Part shown: positions 61,881-64,000 of the stretch, piece after piece
How positions within the stretch are numbered: position 1 is the stretch's first letter
How the letters are laid out: each line of letters opens with the position of its first letter
Assembly: GCF_023055435.1 (NCBI RefSeq)
Contig: NW_025963802.1
Coordinates: 32,550,001-32,614,000, forward strand
DNA from: Haliotis rufescens
Lineage: Eukaryota
Reading direction: 5' to 3'
DNA: 64,000 bases
Made by a program: the position numbers and the translations under genes
Notes under the pieces: model-generated
Seen by the model: the letters and a program-made list of their open reading frames with translations, nothing else
Databases searched by the model: none
What the model was told of the DNA's origin: nothing

Positions 61881-63497
61881 TTCAATTCGGTTTATTTTGT
61901 AAGTGTTGGCCATCGGCCCATAGTTACATTTGTACTACAATGGACGTGATGTACACAGCTGTTATTGTTGCGACAATAATGTACTACGAAGTGACATGGC
62001 TTGATAGATATAGATGGCTAGACGTTCAATTAATTTACAATCAGTTGTAGACATAATGATATTAAATATTTGTTTGGTCGGATATTCACAATAGTTTTGT
62101 GGTAAGTGATCCCCCCCGTAGCTTGTTATAACCGGAACAAACTAACAAAAAATGATACTCGTCCTCCACATCCAGCATTACAAACACAACATAGTCTCTG
62201 TTACGTGGGACATCAGCGTATCTCCCAGTTTCAACATACAGCTGATGCGAAAAACATCTAAACCGAGCTAGCGCCACTCTCAATTACTGACGGTCACACA
62301 GCTAAGATACAACTCTGTACCAAACGATACCTTGAATAGAGAATAAGAGAAAGATTTACTATCCTTGTCCAGAAGACTATGCCAATCCTGTTCATGACTA
62401 CATTTCAGACGCGACATAAATTCTGTCAAAAACGAATGAGGATGACTTATTCACTGGTTTTCCAATACAGAGCCAAAACCCAAACTGAACATTAAAGATT
62501 TTCATTTTGAGACCCAATTAATTTTACCATTACTTTCTGCCTGAAGCATCATATAATAACATTTCTTTGGGAAGCGACAATCGGACATACTCAATAACCT
62601 TATCCAATAACCAATACCTCTTTTGTATGCGGGGGCACGGGTGGCCCAGTCGTCTAGGGCGCCGCGATACGCTGTGCAGAGTTGCGTCCCTTGGGCACGC
62701 CAGAAACCTATGATTGTGGATCACGGTTCGCCCCGATTATGTTTCTAGATTTCTAGGTTTGTCAGCACCATACCCGTGCTCGTGGGTTTCATCGAAGTGG
62801 TAAACGTCTGAGACCTGCATCAATTGGGGCTTTCCTCCCACATTAAGCTGACATGCCGTGATATAACTGGAGTACTGTTAAAAACGGCGTTAAACCCAAC
62901 TCATTCACTCACTCTTTTGTATGCATAAAGATATAATGGATACCGCCCACATTCACCTCCAACCATATTGTTTGGTGTTGACGATTTGACACCTAGAAAG
63001 TGCTTGCATGCCAATGTATGTATAGTTTCTATTTCGTTATTCTGGTGGAGACCACAGACTTCGGAACCATAGAGCAAAATTGGGACTACTTTCATATCAA
63101 ATGTTTTAAAATATAAGTCATGTCGAAGAGGATGTAATTTTATCAATGACTTTAAAATTCCAAACATTGCTTTTTCCCCCTGCAAACCAGCATTAGAGAA
63201 ATGACTTGACCAGGACAGGCTTCTCGTAAAAGTAACGCCCAAATATTTATAGGAAGACACACTCTCCAACTTTAGACATTTATAGTACCAAATCTCTTTT
63301 CTTGACAACACTCTACCTTTCTTAAAAACAACCACCTTGGTTTTATCCAAATTCACATCTAGATCATAATCATTACAATACTTTTCTAGAACATCAATAC
63401 GCTTCTGAAGTCCACCTATAGTATCTGCGATTAAAATAATATCGTCTGCAAATGATAATAGGAGTATATCTGTAATATCAGGATGAAGTTGATACAG
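61778..63497 (-). mobile_element. 5'-truncated LINE (RTEX-like): RT C-terminal half, 3' UTR and (TAC)n(TAA)n tail
   Basis: FADD, N..KTKVVVF, YKYLG, RFR..HQLYVETGRY, VEDEYHFLLVC; AATAAA just before the tail. Confidence 0.9.
62631..62911 (+). mobile_element. SINE family A inserted into the LINE
   Basis: Perfect 13-bp TSD CTCTTTTGTATGC at 62618-62630 and 62912-62924. Confidence 0.95.
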
Positions 63498-63590
63498 AAT
63501 TGGGATCGATGACATGCAACAACCACGTCAGCGAGCCTGACCACCCGATCGCCTTTAACTACAAGCATAGTCGCCTTTTACTGCAAGCAT
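63498..63590 (-). mobile_element. SINE family D fragment
   Basis: GAGCCTGACCACCCGATC and TAGTCGCC motifs. Confidence 0.7.
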
Positions 63591-64000
63591 CGATTGTCTA
63601 CTGATTGATATAGACATACTACCTACGGAGTTGTCTACTATGTCGGATTTGCTTCGGTGCAAATATGTGAACTCTATTCAACATAACACAACTCGGATCA
63701 TATATAGTTCGTTCGCACCCATATACAAGCAAGAGCATCGATTCACTGAATATAGTGCAACTATCGACGAAATATACACCACAAATCTCGAATCAATTTC
63801 AAGGTGTCAGTGTCCTATGCGCGTCCATCAAACAACAGCGCGTGTCCAGTTGTTAAACGCTCGAAGCTGTGAAACACGTCAGCTATCAGCATCAATCAAT
63901 CTTTACGTTACGTCTTTATACCATCAGATAATAGTGTCGCTGAATGCGTATTGTCATATTGATTCAGCTATCCATGTCATTGACCAAGATTGTGACGGAA

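Overview
AT-rich, repeat-dense animal genomic DNA with three N-gaps. It is most likely a marine gastropod such as abalone, inferred from recalled SINE types and not verified. Only one convincing protein-coding exon is present: a 510-aa, mostly disordered ORF at 50323-51855 (+). Nearly all other ORF-track entries are artefacts of SINEs and satellites. The rest of the window holds four SINE families with a related 3' end, Tc1/mariner-type MITEs, a 9-bp-TSD long-TIR element carrying a RecQ-helicase remnant (AcademH-like), two Penelope-like 3' ends, an RTEX-like LINE, many mini/microsatellites and a local 2.3-kb duplication. The most interesting signals are: (1) an apparently intact minimal hammerhead ribozyme downstream of a Penelope GIY-YIG ORF (56090-56133), plus two degenerate relatives; (2) a decayed minus-strand ORF at about 640-3990 whose cysteine spacing matches herpesvirus-gB-like class III fusion proteins; (3) a non-tRNA SINE 5' head that folds into a closed four-way junction with a possible kissing loop, a candidate unclassified ribozyme; (4) several satellites whose unexpanded parent sequence is still visible in the window. 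All alignments and folds were done by eye.
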